DNA from: an uncultured Actinomycetota bacterium
GTDB lineage: Bacteria; Actinomycetota; Acidimicrobiia; Spongiisociales; UBA5794
Assembly (NCBI GenBank): GCA_963715255.1
Contig: CAVQRN010000002.1
Location: forward strand, 113,446 to 177,445
Direction of reading: 5' to 3'
Length of the DNA: 64,000 nucleotides
Shown here: positions 20,105-29,089 of the stretch, one piece after another
How positions within the stretch are numbered: the first letter of the stretch is position 1
How the letters are laid out: each line of letters opens with the position of its first letter
The notes under the pieces: generated by a model
Databases searched by the model: none
Told to the model about the DNA's origin: nothing
The model's input: only the letters and a program-made list of their open reading frames with translations
Position numbers and translations under genes: made by a program

Positions 20105-20196
20105 GATAGAAGACCTGTGACCTGAGCCGTGAAACTCGAGGAAGGATTGGGCGTCCCGTCTCTCAGATCTCGTGTCTCGTGTCCGACTTCGGCTGC

Positions 20197-21576
20197 TCAG
20201 CCACCCTCGGTCATCGGGCGGACGTCGAGGGCTTTGTCGAGTTCGGCGACCGGAAGGACCTCCATCTCGAGGGCGACCTCACGAACACCGCGGCCCTCGG
20301 CGAAGGCCTTCTTGATGATCACCGCGACCTTGTCATAGCCGATGTGCGGCACGAGTGCCGTTGCGACGATGGCGTTCTGATCAAGCAGGAATGCCGCCCG
20401 TTCGACGTTCGCCGTAATCCCGTCGACCGCCAAGTCTTTGAGGACCCGTGCACCGGCGGCGAGGAGCTCGATCGACTCGAGCATCGCGTGGCTCATCACC
20501 GGCATCATCACGTTGAGCTCGAAGTTGCCGTTGGCTCCGCCCCAGGTGATCGTGACATCGTTCCCGAAGACGCGCGAGGCGATCATCATCACGGCTTCCG
20601 GGATGACCGGGTTGATCTTCCCAGGCATGATCGACGATCCCGGCTGCAGCGAAGGGAGCGAGATCTCGCCGATGCCGTTGCGCGGACCGGACGAGAGCCA
20701 GCGAAGGTCGTTGACGATCTTGAACATCGACGTTGCAACGGTCTTCAGGACGCCGGAGGCGTTCACGTAGGCGTCCTTCGCAGCCTGCGCCTCGAAGTGG
20801 TTCTCAGCCTCCACGAACGTGAGGCCGGATCGTCGGCTCATGATCTCGATAGTGCCCGCGGCGAAGCCGGCGGGCGCGTTGATCCCCGTGCCGACTGCGG
20901 TACCGCCGAGCGCCAGTTCACGGACTTCGGGGAGCACCGTCTCGACCCGACCGACGCCTTTCGCAATCTGTGCGGCATACCCCGCGAACTCTTGCCCGAG
21001 CCGGACCGGTGTCGCATCCTGAAGGTGGGTACGGCCTGACTTCAGCACGTCGTCGAATTCAACCGCCTTCGCCTCGAGGCTTGACTTGAGATTGCGGAGC
21101 GCCGGGAGCAGATCCTCTTCCATCGCCGCGACGGCGGCGACGTGCATCGCCGTCGGAATGACGTCGTTCGACGACGTGCCCGCGTTCACGTGATCGTTGG
21201 GGTGCACGAGCTTGGAGCCGAACTCGCCGCCGAGGATCTCGGTGGCGCGGTTGGCGAGCACCTCATTTGCGTTCATGTTGGTCGAGGTGCCTGAACCGGT
21301 CTGGAAGATGTCGACAACAAACTGGTCGTCGAAACGGCCCGACATCATCTCCTCGGAGGCCTGGATGATGGCGTCGGCCTTCTCTGCGTCGACGCTCCCC
21401 ATGGACTTGTTCATCTCGGCGGCGGAGGCCTTGATGAGACCAAGCGCCCAGATGAACCGACGCCCGAAGCGCAAGTCGGAGATCGGGAAATTGTCGACCG
21501 CCCGCTGGGTCGATGCTCCGTAGTAGGCATCGTCGGGAACAGAGACCTCACCCATCGAGTCACGTTCGATCCGCAT
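20197..21576 (-). CDS. aspA: Aspartase/fumarase superfamily lyase, AspA-like (aspartate ammonia-lyase; class II fumarase not excluded)
   Basis: Signature GSSIMPGKINPVIPE (NPV[IV]PE and DAYYG favour AspA over FumC), TGSGTSTNMN, KSGRTHLQDATP. Confidence 0.8.
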   Translation of the reverse strand: MRIERDSMGEVSVPDDAYYGASTQRAVDNFPISDLRFGRRFIWALGLIKASAAEMNKSMGSVDAEKADAIIQASEEMMSGRFDDQFVVDIFQTGSGTSTNMNANEVLANRATEILGGEFGSKLVHPNDHVNAGTSSNDVIPTAMHVAAVAAMEEDLLPALRNLKSSLEAKAVEFDDVLKSGRTHLQDATPVRLGQEFAGYAAQIAKGVGRVETVLPEVRELALGGTAVGTGINAPAGFAAGTIEIMSRRSGLTFVEAENHFEAQAAKDAYVNASGVLKTVATSMFKIVNDLRWLSSGPRNGIGEISLPSLQPGSSIMPGKINPVIPEAVMMIASRVFGNDVTITWGGANGNFELNVMMPVMSHAMLESIELLAAGARVLKDLAVDGITANVERAAFLLDQNAIVATALVPHIGYDKVAVIIKKAFAEGRGVREVALEMEVLPVAELDKALDVRPMTEGG

Positions 21577-21656
21577 GCGAGCTCCTTCGTAGGGGTATCA
21601 GTTCAGGATACCTCGGCAGGGTCGGGTCCCGCCCAGAGGAGATCGGAAGGAAGTCG

Positions 21657-22433
21657 CTACCCGAGCGCCAGTGCAACCGCGGCCGGGAAGATCGTGCCGA
21701 CGTCGCCATCGATGCGGAGCGTGACGAACGGCGACCGATCGTGCTCGGTGGCACCTCGGTTGACGACGGCGTACGAAGCTCCGCAACGAGCAGCCTCCAG
21801 CGGAATGTCGGCGGCCGGAGTCACCGACAGCGTCGACCCCAGGGAAATCGCCACATCGGCACGTTTCGCGGCTTCGAACGCTCGAGCAAGATCGACGGCT
21901 CGAAGTTGCTGGCCGAATGAGATCGTCGCGGGCTTGAGATATCCGCCACAGTCACACCGGGGCGGCTCGCCGGTCTCAGCGAACGAGGCGAAGTGTTCAT
22001 CGGGCTTCGAACGCTCGCCACACGCCTGACACTCGATTTCCGCGTTGGTGCCGTGGACTTCGACGAGGAGGTTGGTGGCCGTCCCTGCGACGCGATGTAG
22101 GCCATCGACGTTCTGCGTTACGACAAGTTCGATCCGACCCGCTCTCTGAAGCTCAACGATCGACCTATGCACAGCGTTCGGGCGTGCTGAGGCGAAGGCC
22201 TCACGATCCTCCGACTTCTGTCTCCAGTACTCAACCCTGGCATCGTGCTGTGACATGAACTTGTCATAGAAGACCGGCCGTCTCGTGTTCCACACACCCT
22301 CGGGGCCCCGATAGTCGGGGATACCGCTGGCCGTAGAGATGCCGGCTCCGGTGAACACCAGGAGCCGCTCTGCGGACGCAATCATCGACCCCAGACGGGC
22401 CACGCTCTCGATCTGGTCGACGACCACGGTCAC
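21657..22433 (-). CDS. cobB: NAD-dependent protein deacylase, Sir2 family
   Basis: FTGAGISTASGIPDYRGP, QNVDGLH, zinc ribbon CQACG...CDCGG. GTG start chosen because it forms a GTGA overlap with the upstream ORF stop at 22430-22432. Confidence 0.85.
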   Translation of the reverse strand: MTVVVDQIESVARLGSMIASAERLLVFTGAGISTASGIPDYRGPEGVWNTRRPVFYDKFMSQHDARVEYWRQKSEDREAFASARPNAVHRSIVELQRAGRIELVVTQNVDGLHRVAGTATNLLVEVHGTNAEIECQACGERSKPDEHFASFAETGEPPRCDCGGYLKPATISFGQQLRAVDLARAFEAAKRADVAISLGSTLSVTPAADIPLEAARCGASYAVVNRGATEHDRSPFVTLRIDGDVGTIFPAAVALALG

Positions 22434-22850
22434 GGTGATCCCTGAAAGATGTCGAGGAGCACGACGGAGAACGCGACTGCGGTCGCTGCGATGACCGCAC
22501 GCCGGACCCAGACCCAGCCCGACCAAACACCGTACTCTTCGATCGCCTCGGTCAGCGGCGCTTCGCCGTACATGAGAACGCGAAGTGCCATCTCCCCCCT
22601 ATTGCGGGAACCACCGAAGCGGCCTCCACTCCCCTCGACGATCTCTCCCGGATCGTCGATTCCATTTGCCCGTCGCTGGATCGGCTTGATGAGCCACACA
22701 AGCACGCCAAGGATGGCTACTCCCCCGAGCAGGACCCACCAGTTGGTGACGGCGAAGAGCGCTGCGAGACCAACGATCCAAGCCGCCCAAATACCGCGAG
22801 ATTTCGGTGATGTAGCGCCACGCGTCGTCGGCGTCGGAGAACCAGTTCAT
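22430..22850 (-). pseudogene. Hypothetical 3-TM membrane protein, apparently frameshifted near 22783-22795
   Basis: ATG at 22848-22850 opens MNWFSDADDAWRYITEISR, then that frame degenerates. The adjacent frame continues IWAAWIVGLAALFAVTNWWVLLGGVAILGVLVWLIKP...RRAVIAATAVAFSVVLLDIF to the stop at 22430. The ORF track only catches the tail (22430..22705). Confidence 0.45.
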
Positions 22851-22909
22851 AGTCAACAGTGTACGGAACACGTCGGGCTCATCGCCGAGCGGACCGCTAC
22901 CGTGCCCGC

Positions 22910-23530
22910 ATGGCGCACAGGGACACCACGACGTTCATTCCGAGCGCCTTGGAGGGAGTCGACCGGTACAGACTCCTCACCGGTCTGGTCGTCCCGAGAC
23001 CGATCGGTTGGATCGGAACTCTCGGACCCGACGGCTGCCAGAATCTCGCACCGTTCTCGTTCTTCAACGTGGTTGCCGGTACCCCACCGACCGTCCTCTT
23101 CTCTCCGGGCCGGAGGACAGGAACGCCGAAGGACACGCTCGCCAATGTCGTCGCGAGCCATGAATTCACCGTGAGCGTCGTCGACGAATCCTTGGCGGAA
23201 GCCATGAATCTGACATCGGGCGAGTACCCGCCGAACATCGACGAGTTCGCCGTTGCGAACCTCACGGTACGACACGGTGATGTCGTTGCCGCTCCCCTGG
23301 TGGCGGAGGCTCCGGCAAGTCTCGAGTGTCGCGTGGTTCACGTTGTGGAGCTCGCCGACCCGCCGACGAACTCGGTCGTGTTCGGCGAGGTCGTTCGCAT
23401 TCACGTTCGCAGCGATCTACTCGATGGAACGAGGGTTGATCCTCGCCGCCTCAGAGCGGTTGGGAGAATGGCGGGCAGCTCCTACACGCGCATCGTCGAT
23501 GGCTATTTCGAGATGGACAGACCCGGCTGA
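22910..23530 (+). CDS. Flavin reductase-like FMN-binding protein
   Basis: VVPRPIGWIGTLGPDGCQNLAPFSFFNVVAGTPPTVLFS is typical of the flavin reductase (split-barrel) domain. Start trimmed to MAHRDTT. Confidence 0.8.
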   Translation: MAHRDTTTFIPSALEGVDRYRLLTGLVVPRPIGWIGTLGPDGCQNLAPFSFFNVVAGTPPTVLFSPGRRTGTPKDTLANVVASHEFTVSVVDESLAEAMNLTSGEYPPNIDEFAVANLTVRHGDVVAAPLVAEAPASLECRVVHVVELADPPTNSVVFGEVVRIHVRSDLLDGTRVDPRRLRAVGRMAGSSYTRIVDGYFEMDRPG

Positions 23531-23608
23531 GATTGTGTTCGCACCGAACATCCGCATGCATCGGAAGGCGTGCGGAGCATGGCTACGCCCCGGCACCGTG
23601 CACCGCCC

Positions 23609-24326
23609 TCACCTGATGGCTGTGTATCCCTCTGACTCGAGACGCTCGGCGATCTCGGGGCCGCCGGATTCGACGACCCTGCCATCGACCATGACGTGGA
23701 TCCGATCCGGTTTCATGTAGCGGAGGATGCGGCTGTAGTGCGTGATGACCAACACACCGAGCGAGGGACTGCGGAGTTGCTCCACCATGGCGGCAACCTC
23801 GCGCACCGCATCGATGTCGAGACCGGAATCGATCTCATCCAGGATGGCGATCTTCGGTGCTGCAACTGCGAGCTGAAACATCTCCGAGCGCTTCTTCTCA
23901 CCACCGGACAGACCGACGTTGATTGCCCGATCCATGAAACGATCCATGTCGAGGAGTCGCGTCGCGTCCTCTGACCTCTTCCGCGCTGCCGTCGGATCGG
24001 CCGCAAGGTCGGTCATCTCGGCGATGAGATCATCGAGAGACACCCCCGGCACTTCCGTCGGGTACTGGAACGCCTCGAAGAGGCCACGTCGCGCCCTGCT
24101 CGTGGACGGGGAGGCCCATCACCTCTACGCCTCCGACGAGTGCAGATCCGGAAGCGTCGTAGTCATCGTTCCCCATAAGGACGTGCGTCAGCGTGGACTT
24201 GCCCGATCCATTCGGTCCCATCAGGGCATGGACCTCGCCGAACGGCACGGTGACGTCGATCCCCTTGAGGATCTCGAGGTCGCCGAGGTGGGCCTTGAGG
24301 TCCGTGATCTCCAGAGCGTTCGACAT
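23609..24326 (-). pseudogene. sufC: Second, divergent SufC paralog carrying a 1-nt frameshift (about 24094-24100)
   Basis: ORF 24030..24326 holds the N-terminus with Walker [13 protein letters not shown] 23609..24052 holds LSGGEKKRSE, ILDEIDSGLD and ITHYSR. Joining them needs one base removed in gtc cac gag c agg gcg, giving ...[24 protein letters not shown]... Confidence 0.8.
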
Positions 24327-24643
24327 CAGGACTCCCCTCCGATGGTCAGATAGACGACGCCGTCTCGTACCGCCGTCCGATACACAGGCACCGGCGTCGT
24401 CGCCGGGAGCGAACCGGGCTCACCGGTCAACAGATCGAACGGCGATCCGTGTCGTGGGCACTCCACCTCACCGTCGAAAATCTCGCCCTCTGCAAGCGAT
24501 GCTTCCGCGTGGCTACACCGATCTCCGATGGCATGAACTGAGTCACCGATACGGAACAAGGCGATCCGCTCATCCTCAACCTCGAGAAGGACTCCGCGGC
24601 CGTCCGGCAGTTCGACAAGAGGTGCGATCTCAATATCCATCAC
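24326..24643 (-). CDS. Rieske [2Fe-2S] ferredoxin-like protein (suf-associated)
   Basis: CSHAEASL...CPRHGSPF Rieske ligand motifs, 105 aa. Lies between sufD and sufC as in many actinobacterial suf operons, with overlapping start/stop on both sides. Confidence 0.85.
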   Translation of the reverse strand: MMDIEIAPLVELPDGRGVLLEVEDERIALFRIGDSVHAIGDRCSHAEASLAEGEIFDGEVECPRHGSPFDLLTGEPGSLPATTPVPVYRTAVRDGVVYLTIGGES

Positions 24644-25923
24644 ACCCTGCCTTCCGCCTGCGCCGTCTCGTATTTGCGGTTGATCCAGGAGCGAACCGGC
24701 GTGGCAAGCTCCCGGTGCGGCAGCTTCCCAAGCGCTTCTTCGAAGAACCCCCGCACCTGAAGCCGGTTGGCACGGTCCGGATCAAGCCCGCGGCTCATGA
24801 GGTAGTACTTCTGCTCGACGTCGAGCGGTCCAACGGTCGACCCATGACCACACTTCACGTCGTTGGCGAGGATCTCGAGGTTCGGAACCGATTGCGCCGA
24901 CGCTCCGTCGGACAGAATGAGGTTGCGGTTCGTCTGGTAGGCCTCGGTCTTCTGACCGGTCTCGTCGATGCGGATCATTCCTGTGAACACCGACCGAGCC
25001 TCGTCTTCGACGGCACCTTTGAGAAACATGTCCGAGCGCGTGTTCGTGCCGACATGGCGCATGAAGTACCGGTAATCGAGGATCTGGTTCTGCTCGCCGA
25101 AGTAGGCGCCCACAACGTTCGCCGACGAACCGCGCCCTTCGAGACCAATGTCGAGATGCAGTCGTGCGAACCGCCCACCGAGACCGACTTCACCGAACCG
25201 GAATGTCGCATCGGCTCCGATCTCGGCGCGAAGCGAGCCGATCGACCGAACCCCGTAGCCGACGTTCTGGACGACCGTCAAGGAGACCCGGGCGCCGTCA
25301 CCGATGGCGATCGAATACTGCGGCACGATGAGTGCGTCGGCGTCGGGGTGTGAGCGCAGGTGCACCACCACGGAGACGTCGGCGTGTTCTTCTGCGGAGA
25401 TGACGACATTGGGGAAACTCGCCACACCGTTCGATCCGGCCTGAACGTCGATCGCGACCACCGACGGCGCAACGACACCGCGAGCGGCATACACGAACAC
25501 ACCATCTCCGCCGAAGGCGGTAGAAGCAGCTTTGAAGATGTCCTCATCGGCGCGTACCGCACAACTCTCGAGCACCGCTTCAACCGTGTCGGAACGATCG
25601 GATGCTGCTCGCTTGAGCGACATGGCGACGAAACCGTCGAAGATCTGGTCCTCACCGACGAATGACCCATCCACCACGCGGACCGTGGTCGGATTCAGAA
25701 GATGGGCCTCCAGCGGATCATCACCGAGATCGACGGCTCCGCCCGCAGACGGGCGGTAGTCGTCGATCGAGAAACCGAGATCGACATATCGCCATATCTC
25801 ATCGTCCTGCGACGGCATGGCGGCGTCGGAAAAAGCATCGAAGGCAGCTGCACGGACCGTCGACCGCCAGGCCGGGTCTTGCGCACCTGCCGTCGTTGAA
25901 ACCACCTGATCGAAGTGGGACAC
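24640..25923 (-). CDS. sufD: Fe-S cluster assembly protein SufD
   Basis: SufB/D beta-helix C-terminal region (AYQTNRNLILSDGASAQSVPNLEILANDVKCGHGSTVGPLD). GTG at 25921-25923 with AGAGG about 10 nt upstream. The ORF-track extension to 26226 looks non-coding. Confidence 0.85.
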   Translation of the reverse strand: MSHFDQVVSTTAGAQDPAWRSTVRAAAFDAFSDAAMPSQDDEIWRYVDLGFSIDDYRPSAGGAVDLGDDPLEAHLLNPTTVRVVDGSFVGEDQIFDGFVAMSLKRAASDRSDTVEAVLESCAVRADEDIFKAASTAFGGDGVFVYAARGVVAPSVVAIDVQAGSNGVASFPNVVISAEEHADVSVVVHLRSHPDADALIVPQYSIAIGDGARVSLTVVQNVGYGVRSIGSLRAEIGADATFRFGEVGLGGRFARLHLDIGLEGRGSSANVVGAYFGEQNQILDYRYFMRHVGTNTRSDMFLKGAVEDEARSVFTGMIRIDETGQKTEAYQTNRNLILSDGASAQSVPNLEILANDVKCGHGSTVGPLDVEQKYYLMSRGLDPDRANRLQVRGFFEEALGKLPHRELATPVRSWINRKYETAQAEGRV

Positions 25924-26086
25924 GGGGAATAACCTCTGCTCGAGTGCACGGTCGAGACTACCGACGCACACCCTGCTATCTGGAGACAGTATTTGAAGTC
26001 TCAACATACGCTTCAGGGTTCTCGCTACCAGAAGACCAGATGCCGCGGGCCAGAAATCGCCGGCATCGGGCAACAGGAGCAACCCC

Positions 26087-26683
26087 ATGACTACTTCGAT
26101 TCGACGATTCGCGTTCGGCGCAATCACGGCCGTCGTCCTCGCGACCGAGTTGGTTCTGCCGATGCCGCAAGCCGAGGCCGTTGTGCCGACCGGAACCACG
26201 CAATTCGTAATCAAGGCATTCCCCAACGAGACCTCGAACGTGCGGTTCTCGGATACCTGGGGAGCGAGTCGCTCAGGTGGGCGCCGTCACACAGGGACCG
26301 ACATCATGAGCCCAAAAGGGACATGGGTCGTCGCCGTCGACGATGGCATCGTCGAGCGACTCGACTGGCACCGTCTCTCAGGTTGGAATGTCATGATCCG
26401 TCACGCCGACGGATGGACGAGCCACTACCTGCATCTCAACAACGACACCGCCGGCACCGACGATGGAGAAGGTGGCGAGGAAACGGCCTTCGCCGAGGGC
26501 CTTGAGGTCGGGAATTTCGTGAGGGCCGGAGAGGTCATCGGTTTCGTCGGTGACTCGGGAAACGCCGAAGAATCCGGATCCCATACACACTTCGAACTCC
26601 ACGTCGACGGCAAGAAGATCAACCCCTATCCACTCCTGGAAGAAGCTATGAACCGGAGAGAGCGAGCGTTGGAGATCCGCTGA
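26087..26683 (+). CDS. Secreted M23 family metallopeptidase
   Basis: Signal peptide (MTTSIRRFAFGAITAVVLATELVLPMPQAEA), HTGTDI and SHTHFELH zinc-ligand motifs. Confidence 0.85.
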   Translation: MTTSIRRFAFGAITAVVLATELVLPMPQAEAVVPTGTTQFVIKAFPNETSNVRFSDTWGASRSGGRRHTGTDIMSPKGTWVVAVDDGIVERLDWHRLSGWNVMIRHADGWTSHYLHLNNDTAGTDDGEGGEETAFAEGLEVGNFVRAGEVIGFVGDSGNAEESGSHTHFELHVDGKKINPYPLLEEAMNRRERALEIR

Positions 26684-26767
26684 GCAATCCGCTAGCCGGC
26701 AATCGGGTGTACTCGAGGACCGGCGTTGCCTTGCTGGCAGGTGGCACCTCGGGGCTGGGGCCTGGCC

Positions 26768-26799
26768 CTACTCCGCTACTCGGCTACTCCGCTACTCCG
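26768..26799. repeat. 8-nt tandem array, 4 units (CTACTCCG / CTACTCGG)
   Basis: Read directly: ctactccg ctactcgg ctactccg ctactccg. The UDG stop codon (cta at 26776-26778) is the start of unit 2. Confidence 0.9.
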
Positions 26800-27489
26800 C
26801 CTCTGATCAACCAGTTCCCGCGCACGACGAAAGACACGATCCAACATCTCCTCCGTCAGTCTTCCCGTGAACGTGTTCTGCTGGCTTGGGTGGAAACTGG
26901 CCAGAACTACGGGACCGTCCAAGACGCCGATCTCCAGGCCATGAGCGAATGGCGGTCTCGGCTTCGGCACATCATGCTCGGTGTCAGCGAGGTATCGCCA
27001 GATCGATCGGTAGGCGAAGTCGCCGAGCGCCACCAGCACCGATGGCGCAAGGATGGCGAGTTCCCGGTCGAGCCACGCCGCACACGCGTCTCGCTCCTCG
27101 ATCGTGGGCTTGTTCTGCGGCGGGGCACATCGGACTGGTGCCGTTACCCACGCTCCGGAGAGCCTCAATCCGTCGTCACGACCCGAGGACTCGGGCCGAT
27201 TCGCGAAGCCGGTTCGCCACATGGCTCGGTAGAGCCAGTCGCCGCTGCGATCGCCGGTGAACATCCGCCCGGTCCGGTTTGCACCATGGGCCGCGGGAGC
27301 AAGACCAACGACGACGAGTCCGGCGTGCGGATCGCCAAAGCCCGGAACGGGTCTCCCCCAATACTCCTCGTCGACGAACGCCGCCCGCTTGTTCGCGGCG
27401 ACCGTCTCCCGCCACGCGACGAGGCGCGGGCAGCGACGGCAGTCGACGATCTCCTCCGTCAGGAGCGCGAGTTCGTCGACATCACCCAT
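26776..27489 (-). CDS. Uracil-DNA glycosylase, family 5 (UdgB-like, Fe-S)
   Basis: CRRCPRL, GLAPAAHGANRTGRMFTGDRSG (family-5 type motif), HPSQQN. Start trimmed to MGDVDELALL (ATG 27487-27489). The last residues, SSGVAE*, are encoded by the repeat array. Confidence 0.8.
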   Translation of the reverse strand: MGDVDELALLTEEIVDCRRCPRLVAWRETVAANKRAAFVDEEYWGRPVPGFGDPHAGLVVVGLAPAAHGANRTGRMFTGDRSGDWLYRAMWRTGFANRPESSGRDDGLRLSGAWVTAPVRCAPPQNKPTIEERDACAAWLDRELAILAPSVLVALGDFAYRSIWRYLADTEHDVPKPRPPFAHGLEIGVLDGPVVLASFHPSQQNTFTGRLTEEMLDRVFRRARELVDQRRSSGVAE

Positions 27490-28987
27490 CGGGAGGCAGG
27501 AGTCCGGCCGGATACGAGGCGGCGTTCGACCACAGCATCCATCCGTTCGCGCGATCGTCAACTCTGCTCTGGATGTCCCGAACGTCAGAGGTTGAGATCG
27601 TCCACGTCTGGATCCACGGTCGGTAGTAGGCGAATCCCTCGAGTCGCGAAAGGCCGCTCACCAGCGCGGACTCGACGATGTCGGCTGCGTGGTCGTTGGG
27701 ATCGGTGTACCCCTTCCAACCCGACCCGTAGTTGGTCGAATACAGCATCGGGCTCAGTACGTCGATCGTGCGAGACATGAGGCCGGGAAGCTGACCGACC
27801 CCCTCGTCGGTTCCGGACTCGAGCGTGATACCCAGCAGACTCGCTGCAACGCCACACCGCGGGCTCAGCACCAGGTACGCACGCTTCAGGAACGCCAGGA
27901 TCGAGGCGACACGGATCTCCTCGGTGTAGTCATCGTCGAACACGGCGGTCGACACGTCGCCGCCGAACGGAAACGACGCGAAGTCGAATTGGATCTCATC
28001 GAAGCCGGCCCGACAGACCTCTTCTGCGAGCGCCACCGGATACTCGTACGACACCGGATCGGTGGGATCCATCCACGCATCTCCGTTCCGCGTGCGCCAC
28101 AAGTCCGAGGTCCCCTCCTCCATCACTGCATGATCGGGCTCGGCCAACGCCATCGGTGTGTCCTGGAATGCGACGATCCGGGCGATCTTGTACAGATCGT
28201 GGCCATCCATGTCTGCAATGATCTCGGACAAGTCGTACTGGAGCGTCACGGCAGAAGCCTGGTGGGCGCCCTCGACCGTGGTGTCGTGAAACACCGTGCC
28301 GAACTCGTCCTTGACGTCCACGACGAACGCATTGATACCGGTCGAGTCGGCCATGGCAAGGAGCCGCTGCCAGTGCTCGGAATCCCCTGCGGCGGATCCG
28401 CTGACACGCACGCCGTGCACGACGATGGGCTCCATCGTCGTGTCGATCTCGCTCGTCGAGCCGTCCCACGGCACGCTCGCGTCCTGCCACGTCGAGCGTG
28501 TGAGGGAGAGTTCCCCCGGTATCGCCCGGACGATTTCGAACAGGCCGTCGTCGTTCGTCACTTCGCGGCCTTCGCCGAGCGTAACTGCAACCCCAGGCAG
28601 TGCGACACCCCGATTGGTCGATACCCGGCCCGAAAGCACGACCGGCTCGAGACGGAATTCGATGCGATCCTCTCTGGGCTGATCGTCGACGATCTCGCTC
28701 TGCGGTTCAAATCCCGGGGCAGACACCTCGATGGTCGTCGAGTCCTGGGACCAGACAAAGGCGGGTACCCCTTCGCCGGTCTCGAACACGGAAGCCCCCT
28801 CAACGGCGATGTCGGCATCGAGCACGCTCAGATCGTCGCCGGCAAGGACCACGACTTCGATGGTCGGCGGTCCGACCTCTGGTGGGCGAAGTGAGGACGC
28901 GTCGAGCGGAGCCGGGCTGGTACAGCCGGCCGCAGCGATGGAGAGGAGGGTCATCGCAAGAGCGAAGTAGCGTGTGATTCGGATCAT
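27482..28987 (-). CDS. Lipoprotein with putative glycoside-hydrolase-like TIM barrel (DUF4015-like)
   Basis: Lipobox MIRITRYFALAMTLLSIAAAGC. The GINAFVVDVKDEFG and FDEIQFDF segments resemble the DUF4015 putative glycosyl hydrolase domain (from memory). The ORF-track extension to 29548 is antisense to the sigma gene. Confidence 0.65.
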   Translation of the reverse strand: MIRITRYFALAMTLLSIAAAGCTSPAPLDASSLRPPEVGPPTIEVVVLAGDDLSVLDADIAVEGASVFETGEGVPAFVWSQDSTTIEVSAPGFEPQSEIVDDQPREDRIEFRLEPVVLSGRVSTNRGVALPGVAVTLGEGREVTNDDGLFEIVRAIPGELSLTRSTWQDASVPWDGSTSEIDTTMEPIVVHGVRVSGSAAGDSEHWQRLLAMADSTGINAFVVDVKDEFGTVFHDTTVEGAHQASAVTLQYDLSEIIADMDGHDLYKIARIVAFQDTPMALAEPDHAVMEEGTSDLWRTRNGDAWMDPTDPVSYEYPVALAEEVCRAGFDEIQFDFASFPFGGDVSTAVFDDDYTEEIRVASILAFLKRAYLVLSPRCGVAASLLGITLESGTDEGVGQLPGLMSRTIDVLSPMLYSTNYGSGWKGYTDPNDHAADIVESALVSGLSRLEGFAYYRPWIQTWTISTSDVRDIQSRVDDRANGWMLWSNAASYPAGLLPPDG

Positions 28988-29021
28988 GGTTGCCGGTAGG
29001 CCAGGAAAGCGTAATGAACCG

Positions 29022-29050
29022 TTGCCGATGACGCGGACGCGTGATATGTT
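29022..29050 (+). promoter_or_regulatory. Candidate sigma-70-type promoter of the sigma factor gene
   Basis: TTGCCG (29022-29027), 17-nt spacer, TATGTT (29045-29050), about 40 nt upstream of the ATG. GAGGAG RBS at 29081-29086. Confidence 0.3.
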
Positions 29051-29089
29051 CAGACAGCTCTCTCCGAAAAGAGGGGGGAAGAGGAGCAC

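Noticed and set aside
23545-23575. Imperfect hairpin ccgcatgc...gcgtgcgg between the flavin reductase and sufC paralog
   Set aside because: It has a 7/8 stem with no U-tract, which is too weak to call a terminator by eye.
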